In this document: piece by piece, positions 46,501 through 54,199 of the stretch | Layout: every line of letters begins with the position of its first letter | How positions within the stretch are numbered: the stretch's first letter is position 1 | Origin: a virus | Lineage: Duplodnaviria > Caudoviricetes | Length of the DNA stretch: 54,445 nucleotides | Virus record (IMG/VR): IMGVR_UViG_3300025138_000051 | Coordinates: 1-54,445 of that record | Direction: 5' to 3' (one strand) | Made by a program: the position numbers and the translations under genes | Notes under the pieces: generated by a model | What the model saw: only the letters and a program-made list of their open reading frames with translations | What the model was told of the DNA's origin: nothing | Database searches by the model: none

Positions 46501-48947
46501 GCAAACACAGCCCAATCACCTATTGCCCAGTCTGTTATTCCATTTAAGTTAGTAGAGCCTGCAACAGACACTATGTAATAGTCCCCTGATGTGCCGACAC
46601 TACTTTGTAATGTTGGTGTGTTTGTACTTGCGTTCCATGTACCCTCAAATTGAACCACTCCAGTAAGAGCAGTATTAATAGCTGTTTGTATTTGCGCTCC
46701 TGTTGCTAAACTTGAAGAACTACCACTTACTGCGGCAGTTATTGGTGTTACTGTTGTTGTTGTACCACTGCTTACTGTAAGTGTAGATAAATTACCTGAG
46801 TTTACTTGATTAACTTGACCAGTAGCTCCAGTTGATACAGCAGTTACTCTACCGTATGCATCAACTGTAATATTATCTATCTTAGTACTGTTAGATGTAG
46901 AACCATATGTTCCAGCTCCAACACCACCTGTTGCCATGTTTAATGTTACACTACCCGATGTTCCACCGCCAGTTAAATTAGTACCAGCGTTTACCGCTGT
47001 TATATCTCCAACGTTAGATGTAAATCCAGAATCATTACTAAATATACTTAGACCTATTTCACCTGCACGTTTTCTTCTTTCTGCACTACTGTCTAACACT
47101 ATGAATTCATCATTAGTATTCATTGCCGCAGTCATATCAGTAAGTTCTGATAAATCTAAAGTTATTGAAAATGATCCAGAAGTAGTAATAGTTCCACCAC
47201 CATCTAAACCTGTACCTGTTGAAAGAGCTACACTTGTTACAGTACCCGTATTAGTTGTATAACCAGAATCATTAGTCCATTGAGATATGTTGTTACTTGC
47301 TAAACCTAATGTTACTGAACCAGATGTTCCACCACCTGTTAATTTATTTCCTGCTACTACTGCTGTTATATCACCTTGAGGTACACCAGCTATAGCATTA
47401 TCTACATATGTTTTATTCGCTGCGTCAGTTCCAGATGAAACTGTATCAACACCTTGTATGCGTCCTGTTCCTGTAAGAGTAATACCTGTTTTTACAGTTA
47501 ATACGCCAGGTAGGTAGGACGTGGCATCAGCTCTATTAATATATGCATTACTTCTTCCTGCCCATCCACTGCTCCAATTATCAGGAGAAGAGTTAATTTC
47601 CAGTCCTGCCTCAGCATTTAAATAAACTGATTCGCCTGTTTGACCTGTAGCATAAGAAGATGACTCACCTGCATTAAGTACAAGTTGTTGCCCACCATAT
47701 GTTCTTACTTCATTAGTTCTTATACCTGCTGCATTAGAGAAATCAGTTCGCTCTGTAAATGTTTTAAGATTTGCAATTGTTTGCGCACCTGAAGTTCTTA
47801 CTACTGTGCTGTCTACTAATAATCCTGTAGATGATTGTGATAATCCATCACCAGCTCCTACAGTTAAAGTACCTGTTGAGGTTATTGTACCTCCAGATAT
47901 TCCATTACCAGTTGCAACGGATGTTACACCTTGGGCGTCACTATTAGCTGATATAGACGTAACGTGTCCTGTAGCATTTACTGTTACAGTAGCTCTTGCA
48001 TATGAACCTGCAGTCACACCTGAATTAGCATGTGAAATTGTAACCGATCCACTTGATCCACCCCCAGTTATTGGTGAGGTTGTACTTACATTTGTAATAT
48101 CACCTGCATTATTGGTAAAAGGTAAATTGCTAATAGTCGATTTAGAAACATTACTTGTTGAAGCAGCACTAACAAGTATTCTGTCTGACGTAGATAAAGT
48201 TCCAGAAGCCTCAGTTGGAGCATCTAATATAATATTATCGCTCCCTAAATAATCTACGCTTATTGTAGGTGTTCCACTTGTACCTCCACCACTCAATCCA
48301 TCTCCTGCAGTAATACCGTTTATATCGCCAGTACTTCCTGTACTTACGGCAGTTACTCTACCATATGCATCAACTGTAATGTTGTCTATTTTTATATTGT
48401 CAGATGTTGAGCCATAAGTTCCTGCTCCAACCCCTCCAGTAGCCATGTTTAAAGTAACACTGCCAGAAGTTCCTCCTCCTGTTAAATTAGTACCAGCATT
48501 CACTGCTGTTATATCTCCAACGTTAGATGTAAACCCTGCGTCATTGTTAAATATACTTAGCCCTATTTCGTTAGCTGCTTTTCTACGTTCTGCACCAGAG
48601 TCTAACACTATAAACTCATCAGTTCCAACCATTGTGGCTGTCATATCTGTAAGTTCTGATAAATCTAAAGTAATTGTGCCTGAGGTTGAAAATGACCCAT
48701 CTAAACCAACTCCAGTTGATACAGATGTTACAGTTCCTTGAGGATTACTAAACGATGTGTTTAATGTTACTCCACCTTGTAGGCCTATCGAAAGAGTTAT
48801 AGTAGAACTACCAGAATCACTAAAACTATTTACAGAATTAGCGTATCCTGCATTCCATTGACTTGAATTACCACCAGAAGCTGTTATTACTCCTGTTGTG
48901 GTTAATGTTCCGTCTATTGACTGGTTTTCTAAAAATCTAATTGCCAT
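43518..48947 (-). CDS. long tail fibre with C-terminal intramolecular chaperone (peptidase S74-like)
   Basis: G/T/S-rich repeats; LSDIRTKENI...GVIAQEVE...KSVAY...LINAVKE autocleavage domain. Confidence 0.9.
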   Translation of the reverse strand: MAIRFLENQSIDGTLTTTGVITASGGNSSQWNAGYANSVNSFSDSGSSTITLSIGLQGGVTLNTSFSNPQGTVTSVSTGVGLDGSFSTSGTITLDLSELTDMTATMVGTDEFIVLDSGAERRKAANEIGLSIFNNDAGFTSNVGDITAVNAGTNLTGGGTSGSVTLNMATGGVGAGTYGSTSDNIKIDNITVDAYGRVTAVSTGSTGDINGITAGDGLSGGGTSGTPTISVDYLGSDNIILDAPTEASGTLSTSDRILVSAASTSNVSKSTISNLPFTNNAGDITNVSTTSPITGGGSSGSVTISHANSGVTAGSYARATVTVNATGHVTSISANSDAQGVTSVATGNGISGGTITSTGTLTVGAGDGLSQSSTGLLVDSTVVRTSGAQTIANLKTFTERTDFSNAAGIRTNEVRTYGGQQLVLNAGESSSYATGQTGESVYLNAEAGLEINSSPDNWSSGWAGRSNAYINRADATSYLPGVLTVKTGITLTGTGRIQGVDTVSSGTDAANKTYVDNAIAGVPQGDITAVVAGNKLTGGGTSGSVTLGLASNNISQWTNDSGYTTNTGTVTSVALSTGTGLDGGGTITTSGSFSITLDLSELTDMTAAMNTNDEFIVLDSSAERRKRAGEIGLSIFSNDSGFTSNVGDITAVNAGTNLTGGGTSGSVTLNMATGGVGAGTYGSTSNSTKIDNITVDAYGRVTAVSTGATGQVNQVNSGNLSTLTVSSGTTTTVTPITAAVSGSSSSLATGAQIQTAINTALTGVVQFEGTWNASTNTPTLQSSVGTSGDYYIVSVAGSTNLNGITDWAIGDWAVFANTTWTKVDNSQVGNMSSWTLKEGNGTETSTVTNGETVTFAQGNGIQSELTSTSSGGTLTITNTKPNIVQTTVSGNAGSATVLQTARTIAGVSFNGSANISLNNNAITNGAGYITSSSLPSVGNGQIDGRTSGNGLSGSMDATANQSGNTTFTVTSNATTAATASTIAYRDSAADINARLFRSNYQNQSTIGGAIAFRTSTTDNYIRFCSDASAIRTFIGAASSSVVSGVTSVATGGGLTGGTITSTGTLSHADTSSQGSVNNSGNTYIQDVTLDTYGHVTSLTSATTTLATLGYTGATNANYITNNNQLTNGAGYITSSSIPSVGNGLLTMSTGTGLDGGTQTFSANSSANVNFTITLDLSELTDMTATMTGTDEFIVLDSGAERRKAANEIGLSIFSNDAGFTSNTGDITAVTAGTNLTGGGTSGSVTLNMATGGVGAGTYGSTSNSVKIDNITVDAYGRVTAVTTGGTGDIDGVTAGDGLTGGGSSGTPTISVDYAGSDNIILDAPNTATGTLSTSDQILVSSASTNNVAKSTISNLPFTNNSGDITSVTAGTNMSGGGSSGAVTLNCTITNNNQLTNGRGFTTNTGDITAVTAGTLLDGGGTSGSVTLNVDLSELSSATGDMTSSDSFAITTSSGSQFKTTPSNIPNNLFPNDAGYKTSSGVTSIATTSPVLGGTITSTGTISVLKPVSGAWHNGGVAIVGAVTEIGRYIDFHTSNTGTSDFDVRLDANGSELNVSTNIRSQGNLEAVGNIVAGRGRYTSGNAFQPSIAFTSDTNTGMFNPASDTIQFATGGAYRISVNNFATVINQDCGIGVTPLAKFHVNGTSLVRTTTGVGDFYLGNNASANHFRFHTNNADTYFDMNCGNVYWRDGGSIRYRFFPSTANMTINGTLTQLSDIRTKENIVEIDDCIGKVQAMRGVYYNRTDFNTEVKKVGVIAQEVEAVLPELILENEDDGLKSVAYSDLTAVLINAVKEQQVMIEDLKARIEQLEK
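44853..45431 (-). repeat. fibre internal repeat, copy 3 (long form; boundaries approximate)
   Basis: LDLSELTDMT...DAYGRVTAV...ISVDY...NLPFTNN.GDIT. Confidence 0.9.
46827..47161 (-). repeat. fibre internal repeat, copy 2 (short form; boundaries approximate)
   Basis: LDLSELTDMT...DAYGRVTAVSTG. Confidence 0.9.
48095..48670 (-). repeat. fibre internal repeat, copy 1 (long form; boundaries approximate)
   Basis: LDLSELTDMT...DAYGRVTAV...ISVDY...NLPFTNN.GDIT. Confidence 0.9.
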
Positions 48948-48967
48948 AAACTATTTAATTAAAGTTA

Positions 48968-51175
48968 TTAAACAGTCTTACTAATCAATACTCTTACGTC
49001 ATTAGTTGCTATAGGACTGTTTGTTGCTATTGTTACTTGTGATGTGCTATTTCTAACAACTCCAGCATATACTGTGTCATATGTACTATTATCATATAAT
49101 TGTACTACAACATCTCTTGTGCCTAAATTGTGTGTTACTACATAACTTGTAGCAGAACCATTACCAATATTGGTAGAGTATGTTAAATTACTTGCTACAC
49201 ATGATTCAACTGCTGTACAAAAATCAGTTACTTGAGAAGCTGGGATTGCAATTGATTGTTCTGATGCCGCAGTTGCAACACCAAACTTATCAAATACAAT
49301 AGTAGACGTTTCAGTTGCTGATCCATAAGATCCTCCTACTCCATTATTTTTCATTTGTACCCAACCATTTCCAGTTGCAGTAAACGATGCAGAATCAAAT
49401 CCAGCAATACCTTTTGTTGTTGCTCCATCTGTAGATCCTGCTGTAGCAATACTTTGTCCAGATTGTACTATTGTATAATCCGATGCACTTGGCGTTGAAC
49501 CTGCTGCAATTGCATTATTTGCAAATATTAAATCTCCAACTTCTACAACTACTCCTAAAAACGATGTATTGTTTGAGTCTGTTACAGCAAAGTAATCACC
49601 TTGATCTAAAGCTACGTTACTTGCTCCAGTTAAAGCTGGACTATTTGTTATTGCATTATATCCTCCTTGGAATATTCCAACACCAGCCGCTATTGCTTGT
49701 ACCTGTGCTAAGTTAACACCGTCTGTACCTGCAGTACCAGTTTTTACATCTAATAATTTATTGTTTCCAAAATCAACATCTCCTTCAGCATCACCAAATT
49801 GTTGTAAGTGAATATCTGAAAGTAATACTTTTTGTTCTGAATTTAAAGAGGTAACAAAAGGTAAGAAATCTCCTGATGCCATTCCTGTTAGTGTTCCTAA
49901 TTCTTCTAAAGCTAAATTAACAGTAATAACTTGCGCTCCTGCAATATTTGTTGAAATACCAGTACCACCAGCAATATCTACAACTTCACCAGTTGTTACA
50001 GTTTGGTCAGATCCACTATCTGCACGTGCTATCCAATTTGACATTGTACCAGTACCACCAGTGTAAGCCACAGTTACAACACCGCTTCCATTGTTTGTTG
50101 TACTTATATTCGATCCTGCTGCAATAGTTATTGAGCCTTGATTTCCAATTGTTGAGTCACTTCCAGTTGATGCTGATAATGTTAAATTATCAAATGGTTT
50201 ACTGTTTGTAATAGTTATAGTGTCAGTAGCTGATGCTGCTGTCGTTATACCAGTTCCTTGTAAAAAAGAAGCAGTGTTGCCGTTTGTGATTGTTTGTGGA
50301 GTACCACTTGATCCTGCAAGAGTCCAAGAAGTCATTGTTCCTGATCCACCGCTTGCAGCTGCTGTAATTCTACCTTGTGCATCAACCGTAATATCTGCTG
50401 AGGTATAAGAACCTGCAGTAACTGCGGTATTATCTAAGTTTATTGTAACTGTATCTGTCGCACTTACCACTGAACTTAATGCTGTACCACCAGCAATATC
50501 TACAGTGTTTCCACTTGCTATAGTTTGATTTGAACCAGAATCAGCAGTTAATGTCCAACCAGAATAATTATCAAAAGGTAAAAGACTAATAGTTGCATCT
50601 GCAACATTGTTATTTGAAGCAGCACTTACAAGTATTTTGTCTGAACCAGAAAGTGTTCCAGTTGCAGTACTTGGTGCAGCTAAAATTACGTTATCAGTTC
50701 CTGTATAATCAACTTGTATATCATCAGCGTTAGCTGTTATACCAAGTCCGCCTATAACATTTAAAGTAGGTATCGGGCCAGATAAATTTGTACCTGTCAT
50801 ACCTGAACCAGCTACAATAGCTGTTATGTCTCCTTGAGGTATTGTTGGGAATGTTGTTAAATTTCCTGCTCCATCAATATATTGAGAAGACGAACCAACA
50901 ACACTTATGGCTAAAGTTCCTGATCCTGTAATAGGAGAACCAGCTACACTAAAAGCATTACCACCATGAGATTGGGCTACAGATGTAACTGAACCACCAC
51001 TTGTTCCAAAAGTTTGCCAAGCAGAACCATCGTAATATTTCATTACATTAGTATCTGTTCTGTATATCATTTGTCCTTCACCTACTACTGAAGGATCTGC
51101 AGAAAGATTTTGAACTTTAAAGTTCTGTAACTCCCCGTTGGTTAAATCGATGTTTGATAAATATTTTATTGCCAT
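48968..51175 (-). CDS. tail fibre segment protein (735 aa)
   Basis: Repeated W.L.ADSG..QT...G..V.IAGG units, ITVDAQGR, C-terminal VTHNLG domain. Confidence 0.8.
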   Translation of the reverse strand: MAIKYLSNIDLTNGELQNFKVQNLSADPSVVGEGQMIYRTDTNVMKYYDGSAWQTFGTSGGSVTSVAQSHGGNAFSVAGSPITGSGTLAISVVGSSSQYIDGAGNLTTFPTIPQGDITAIVAGSGMTGTNLSGPIPTLNVIGGLGITANADDIQVDYTGTDNVILAAPSTATGTLSGSDKILVSAASNNNVADATISLLPFDNYSGWTLTADSGSNQTIASGNTVDIAGGTALSSVVSATDTVTINLDNTAVTAGSYTSADITVDAQGRITAAASGGSGTMTSWTLAGSSGTPQTITNGNTASFLQGTGITTAASATDTITITNSKPFDNLTLSASTGSDSTIGNQGSITIAAGSNISTTNNGSGVVTVAYTGGTGTMSNWIARADSGSDQTVTTGEVVDIAGGTGISTNIAGAQVITVNLALEELGTLTGMASGDFLPFVTSLNSEQKVLLSDIHLQQFGDAEGDVDFGNNKLLDVKTGTAGTDGVNLAQVQAIAAGVGIFQGGYNAITNSPALTGASNVALDQGDYFAVTDSNNTSFLGVVVEVGDLIFANNAIAAGSTPSASDYTIVQSGQSIATAGSTDGATTKGIAGFDSASFTATGNGWVQMKNNGVGGSYGSATETSTIVFDKFGVATAASEQSIAIPASQVTDFCTAVESCVASNLTYSTNIGNGSATSYVVTHNLGTRDVVVQLYDNSTYDTVYAGVVRNSTSQVTIATNSPIATNDVRVLISKTV

Positions 51176-51189
51176 TATATTATTTTTAC

Positions 51190-51915
51190 TTAGTTAAAAA
51201 ATGCTTTACCTGCAAAAGCAGATTTAAATGTTATTGTTACTTGGTTTAAACTGTTATAATCTACTTCTCCATATACGGTTGTATTTGCCGAATCTACTAC
51301 TGATACTGATGGGTACTTGTTTAAATTATGTGTTACAACCCATGTTGATGCTGCAGTACTTTGTGTAAATACAAAAGTTTTATCAGCTGCCGCTGTAGCA
51401 TTATACGTCAACAAAGATATAAAATAATCTTCGTTCTTCTTCAAGCTACCATTACCAGCTTTGAACGTTAATGTTATGTCGTAAAAATTATTGTTGTTAG
51501 GATCTTTTGCTTCATTATCCCATTGAAATATAGCAAACTGACTCATGTCATTACACTGAGTTATAAGTATATTGCTGGTTTTAAATGGAGTATTATATAA
51601 TGATGATACATCTATAGGTGGTGTAGCCTCGTTACTGTAAGAATCAAACTTACTTAATACAAATGAATTGATTCCACTAAACTGTACAACATCTGCTCCA
51701 TATGGATCGAAACTTATAGTTGCTGGTTTTAATACTCCTTCCGTTTGATACGTATATCTTAGTAATTGACTTTGAGAAGCTTTTTTGTTTATAAAATTAG
51801 CAACATCTCCAGCAGTAAAGTTTTTAGTTTGATTATTATTCTGAGAGTCAGAACCAATCCACTTATCTGCTGATACTATATTTTCATCATTCGGGTATGT
51901 TGCTATTCTTGCCAT
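51190..51915 (-). CDS. proximal fibre/anchor protein (241 aa)
   Basis: N-terminal MARIATYP...IGSD...TKNF motif; C-terminal VTHNL domain. Confidence 0.7.
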   Translation of the reverse strand: MARIATYPNDENIVSADKWIGSDSQNNNQTKNFTAGDVANFINKKASQSQLLRYTYQTEGVLKPATISFDPYGADVVQFSGINSFVLSKFDSYSNEATPPIDVSSLYNTPFKTSNILITQCNDMSQFAIFQWDNEAKDPNNNNFYDITLTFKAGNGSLKKNEDYFISLLTYNATAAADKTFVFTQSTAASTWVVTHNLNKYPSVSVVDSANTTVYGEVDYNSLNQVTITFKSAFAGKAFFN

Positions 51916-51918
51916 TTG

Positions 51919-52374
51919 TTATTTTTTTATTGATTGCCCTTTTTCGTAACTACGTCCTCCGAAGTATGCTGCAACAATTGTGATAAGAAGCATTTTTAAA
52001 AGTTCCTTCCATTCGCTATCTACTGCAAAGTTAATAAATCCTGAGTCAATAAATATAAGCAAGATTGTACTGATTAAAACAAAGGCTAAAGACAGGGGTC
52101 TAATTGATTTGGAAAGTTTATTATCTGATGACATATCTGATGACCATCTTTTTGACACCTCTTCTAACTCAGTGTTTTGATGATCATATATCATTTGTTG
52201 AAGTTTTATTTTATCTTCAACTGATATTTTTGATTCTGTGATTGCTTGTATAGCTTCTTTAGGAGATACAACACCTTCAAGTAATTTACCTAAAGCAGGA
52301 TTTATTACATGAGCAGCTCCCAGTAATATTTTTCCAAAAGTAGTGTCTTTAAATTTCTTTTTTTTGTCTGGCAT
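51919..52374 (-). CDS. holin-like membrane protein (3TM holin type)
   Basis: RW.SDM.SD..LSKSIRP, TM helices and AYFGGRS.EK. Confidence 0.75.
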   Translation of the reverse strand: MPDKKKKFKDTTFGKILLGAAHVINPALGKLLEGVVSPKEAIQAITESKISVEDKIKLQQMIYDHQNTELEEVSKRWSSDMSSDNKLSKSIRPLSLAFVLISTILLIFIDSGFINFAVDSEWKELLKMLLITIVAAYFGGRSYEKGQSIKK

Positions 52375-52383
52375 TTTTTACGA

Positions 52384-52563
52384 TCATTTATTTTTTTTAT
52401 CTTGATCGTATTTTTTTTGAAGTAACCACCATTTATTTATTGTGTAACCTATACTGACTATTAATAATAATAACTTTAAAATCATGTCAAGGTTTGTGAA
52501 TGATAACGCAAGAGTACCTGCATTAAGAACATATAATTTTATATCTGACATCCAGTTATTCAT
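52384..52563 (-). CDS. small membrane protein (59 aa), holin/antiholin-like
   Basis: Own translation MNNWMSDIKLYVLNAGTLALSFTNLDMILKLLLLIVSIGYTINKWWLLQKKYDQDKKNK. Confidence 0.75.
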   Translation of the reverse strand: MNNWMSDIKLYVLNAGTLALSFTNLDMILKLLLLIVSIGYTINKWWLLQKKYDQDKKNK

Positions 52564-52631
52564 TTATTTTCCACATATGTGTAGGTTATTACTAATTCGT
52601 CTGACCAAGAGTTGTTTTGTGTGTTTTCCAT
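52560..52631 (-). CDS. 23-aa micro-ORF
   Basis: MENTQNNSWSDELVITYTYVENK; starts 1 nt after the upstream stop and ends in an ATGA overlap. Confidence 0.55.
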   Translation of the reverse strand: MENTQNNSWSDELVITYTYVENK

Positions 52632-52632
52632 A

Positions 52633-53190
52633 TTACCATATTGCTAAACAAGTATTTCTTGCAGCAGCTGTTGTTGAGGTTGAGTATAATTGAACTATCT
52701 GAATTGGTAAATAATTACCAACTGGGAAATTTTCAAACGTTACAGAATTACCTGATATTGTTTTTACACGAATATTTACATATCTCGGATCAGCTGTTCC
52801 TGCTCCTGGAGTTATATCTTGTAATATAGTTGCGCTTGAACCAACATATAACAAACATCCTTCTGATGAATTAATTCTCGAAGAACCATTTGGCCCTCCT
52901 AAAAATATTTCGTAATCTTCTGGAGAAGTAAATATGTTTGCACTTACCGATAATATTGTTGAAGTATCTATTGCTGTTACTATTGCTGATGTATTGTCTG
53001 TAGTATTGTAAACTATATCATTTACACTTACATTAGAAAAGTCAGCTCCAACATCCACAAGTTTATTTGCCGTAGAGGCTGTTGTTGTTCCAGATAAAAC
53101 TGGAAGGTCTGGTGCTGGAATTGGAATTGTATCACTGGCAATGATCTCTCTTGCTAAGCCTGTGTTTACGGTAATTTTTGGGTATGCCAT
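52633..53190 (-). CDS. virion structural protein
   Basis: Contains a GT.T....NKLVD..A.F....VNDIV module also seen in 30624-31592; G.YLPIQI C-terminus. Confidence 0.7.
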   Translation of the reverse strand: MAYPKITVNTGLAREIIASDTIPIPAPDLPVLSGTTTASTANKLVDVGADFSNVSVNDIVYNTTDNTSAIVTAIDTSTILSVSANIFTSPEDYEIFLGGPNGSSRINSSEGCLLYVGSSATILQDITPGAGTADPRYVNIRVKTISGNSVTFENFPVGNYLPIQIVQLYSTSTTAAARNTCLAIW

Positions 53191-53227
53191 TTTTTTGTTT
53201 TTGAGGGTTAAAAATCTCTTTTACTAA

Positions 53228-53383
53228 TTATCTTTTATAAGGAAATTTACGATTTAAACTATCACGTCTTTCAGAACAACCACAGTCTTTTCCTATTATT
53301 TTTCCTACTCTTTGAACAGCAGAGTGTATCCCTGTTGCTTTTGTTACTTTATGAATTGAATCACCTAATCCTCTTGATTTCAT
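53228..53383 (-). CDS. small protein with GLGD...DCGC...LN motif (51 aa)
   Basis: Own translation MKSRGLGDSIHKVTKATGIHSAVQRVGKIIGKDCGCSERRDSLNRKFPYKR; ATGA overlap. Confidence 0.8.
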   Translation of the reverse strand: MKSRGLGDSIHKVTKATGIHSAVQRVGKIIGKDCGCSERRDSLNRKFPYKR

Positions 53384-53625
53384 TTATTTAATTCTTTACT
53401 GTTTTTATAATATTCATCTTCTTCAACACTACCGCCCATGTTTACTGGATCAGGCATGTTTACTTCAGGAATACCTTGACTTGAACTGGGCTTACAAACG
53501 CATTGTGAAATTGGACATTGGTCTACTTCAAATATTAATTTAGATATTAGCCAATTCCATTTACATTGAAATTTACACCATACGTTCTGCATCCAAATTC
53601 CTAATCTTACAAATAATTTTCCCAT
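53380..53625 (-). CDS. small Cys/Trp-rich protein
   Basis: 81 aa; WCKFQCKW...CPISQCVC. Confidence 0.75.
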   Translation of the reverse strand: MGKLFVRLGIWMQNVWCKFQCKWNWLISKLIFEVDQCPISQCVCKPSSSQGIPEVNMPDPVNMGGSVEEDEYYKNSKELNK

Positions 53626-53629
53626 TTTA

Positions 53630-53773
53630 TTATTTTGAATTATATATTGTTTTTCTTTTTACGTGAGGAACAACTTGAACTGTTGGATTAGTTGCAACTA
53701 TTGCCTCAGGTTTTTTCTTTACTTCCTTCTTTTTTGGAGAAGCAACTTTCTTTTTTGAAATCTTTTTCGCCAT
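53630..53773 (-). CDS. small Lys-rich protein (47 aa)
   Basis: Own translation MAKKISKKKVASPKKKEVKKKPE...; fills the gap. Confidence 0.7.
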   Translation of the reverse strand: MAKKISKKKVASPKKKEVKKKPEAIVATNPTVQVVPHVKRKTIYNSK

Positions 53774-53789
53774 TATATTTAATTTAAAT

Positions 53790-53954
53790 TTATTTTTTCT
53801 TTCTCATATTTTTAAGATTCATAGCAAAATTATATGCTTTAGAACCTTTAGGACATGTTTTACTTCCAAGTTTTTTACCAGTACATTTTCCTAATGTACC
53901 TTTTTTCTTAGCTTTAGCAAATACATCTTGTATGAATCCTTTTTTTTTGCTCAT
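53790..53954 (-). CDS. small Lys-rich protein with Cys pair (54 aa)
   Basis: Own translation MSKKKGFIQDVF...GKCTGKKLGSKTCPKGSKAYNFAMNLKNMRKKK; TAATG coupling. Confidence 0.75.
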   Translation of the reverse strand: MSKKKGFIQDVFAKAKKKGTLGKCTGKKLGSKTCPKGSKAYNFAMNLKNMRKKK

Positions 53955-54169
53955 TACTTTTTAATAAGCTTTCCTAAATGCGCATGCACTTTACCATTTT
54001 TTATACACTGGTGTTCGTAGCTCATAGAATGATCTCCTCCGTAAGAATGTCCATACATTTTTTTAGACATACCTTTACTTTCATCTCTTCTTGATTTATA
54101 AGATTGAGACTTCTTTCCATTTTTTGAACCTAAAGACTCATCGAGTCTTGCATTATATCCTTGTTTCAT
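53954..54169 (-). CDS. small basic protein
   Basis: 71 aa, MKQGYNARLDESLG..., first gene after a promoter element. Confidence 0.8.
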   Translation of the reverse strand: MKQGYNARLDESLGSKNGKKSQSYKSRRDESKGMSKKMYGHSYGGDHSMSYEHQCIKNGKVHAHLGKLIKK

Positions 54170-54185
54170 AACTTTTAATTTTATA

Positions 54186-54193
54186 CAAATATA
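54186..54193 (-). promoter_or_regulatory. late promoter -7 element TATATTTG
   Basis: Intergenic, 16 nt before ATG 54169. Confidence 0.65.
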
Positions 54194-54199
54194 ATAATA

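Noticed and set aside
44853-48670. Diversity-generating retroelement or invertible cassette in the fibre
   Set aside because: No reverse transcriptase or invertase seen; the repeats are direct, in-frame and do not differ specifically at adenines.
45160-50408. Repeated + strand ORFs (45160, 46351, 46936, 47806, 48445, 49471, 50220) with similar sequences
   Set aside because: Antisense shadows of the Gly/Thr/Ser-rich fibre genes; their mutual similarity simply mirrors the fibre repeats.
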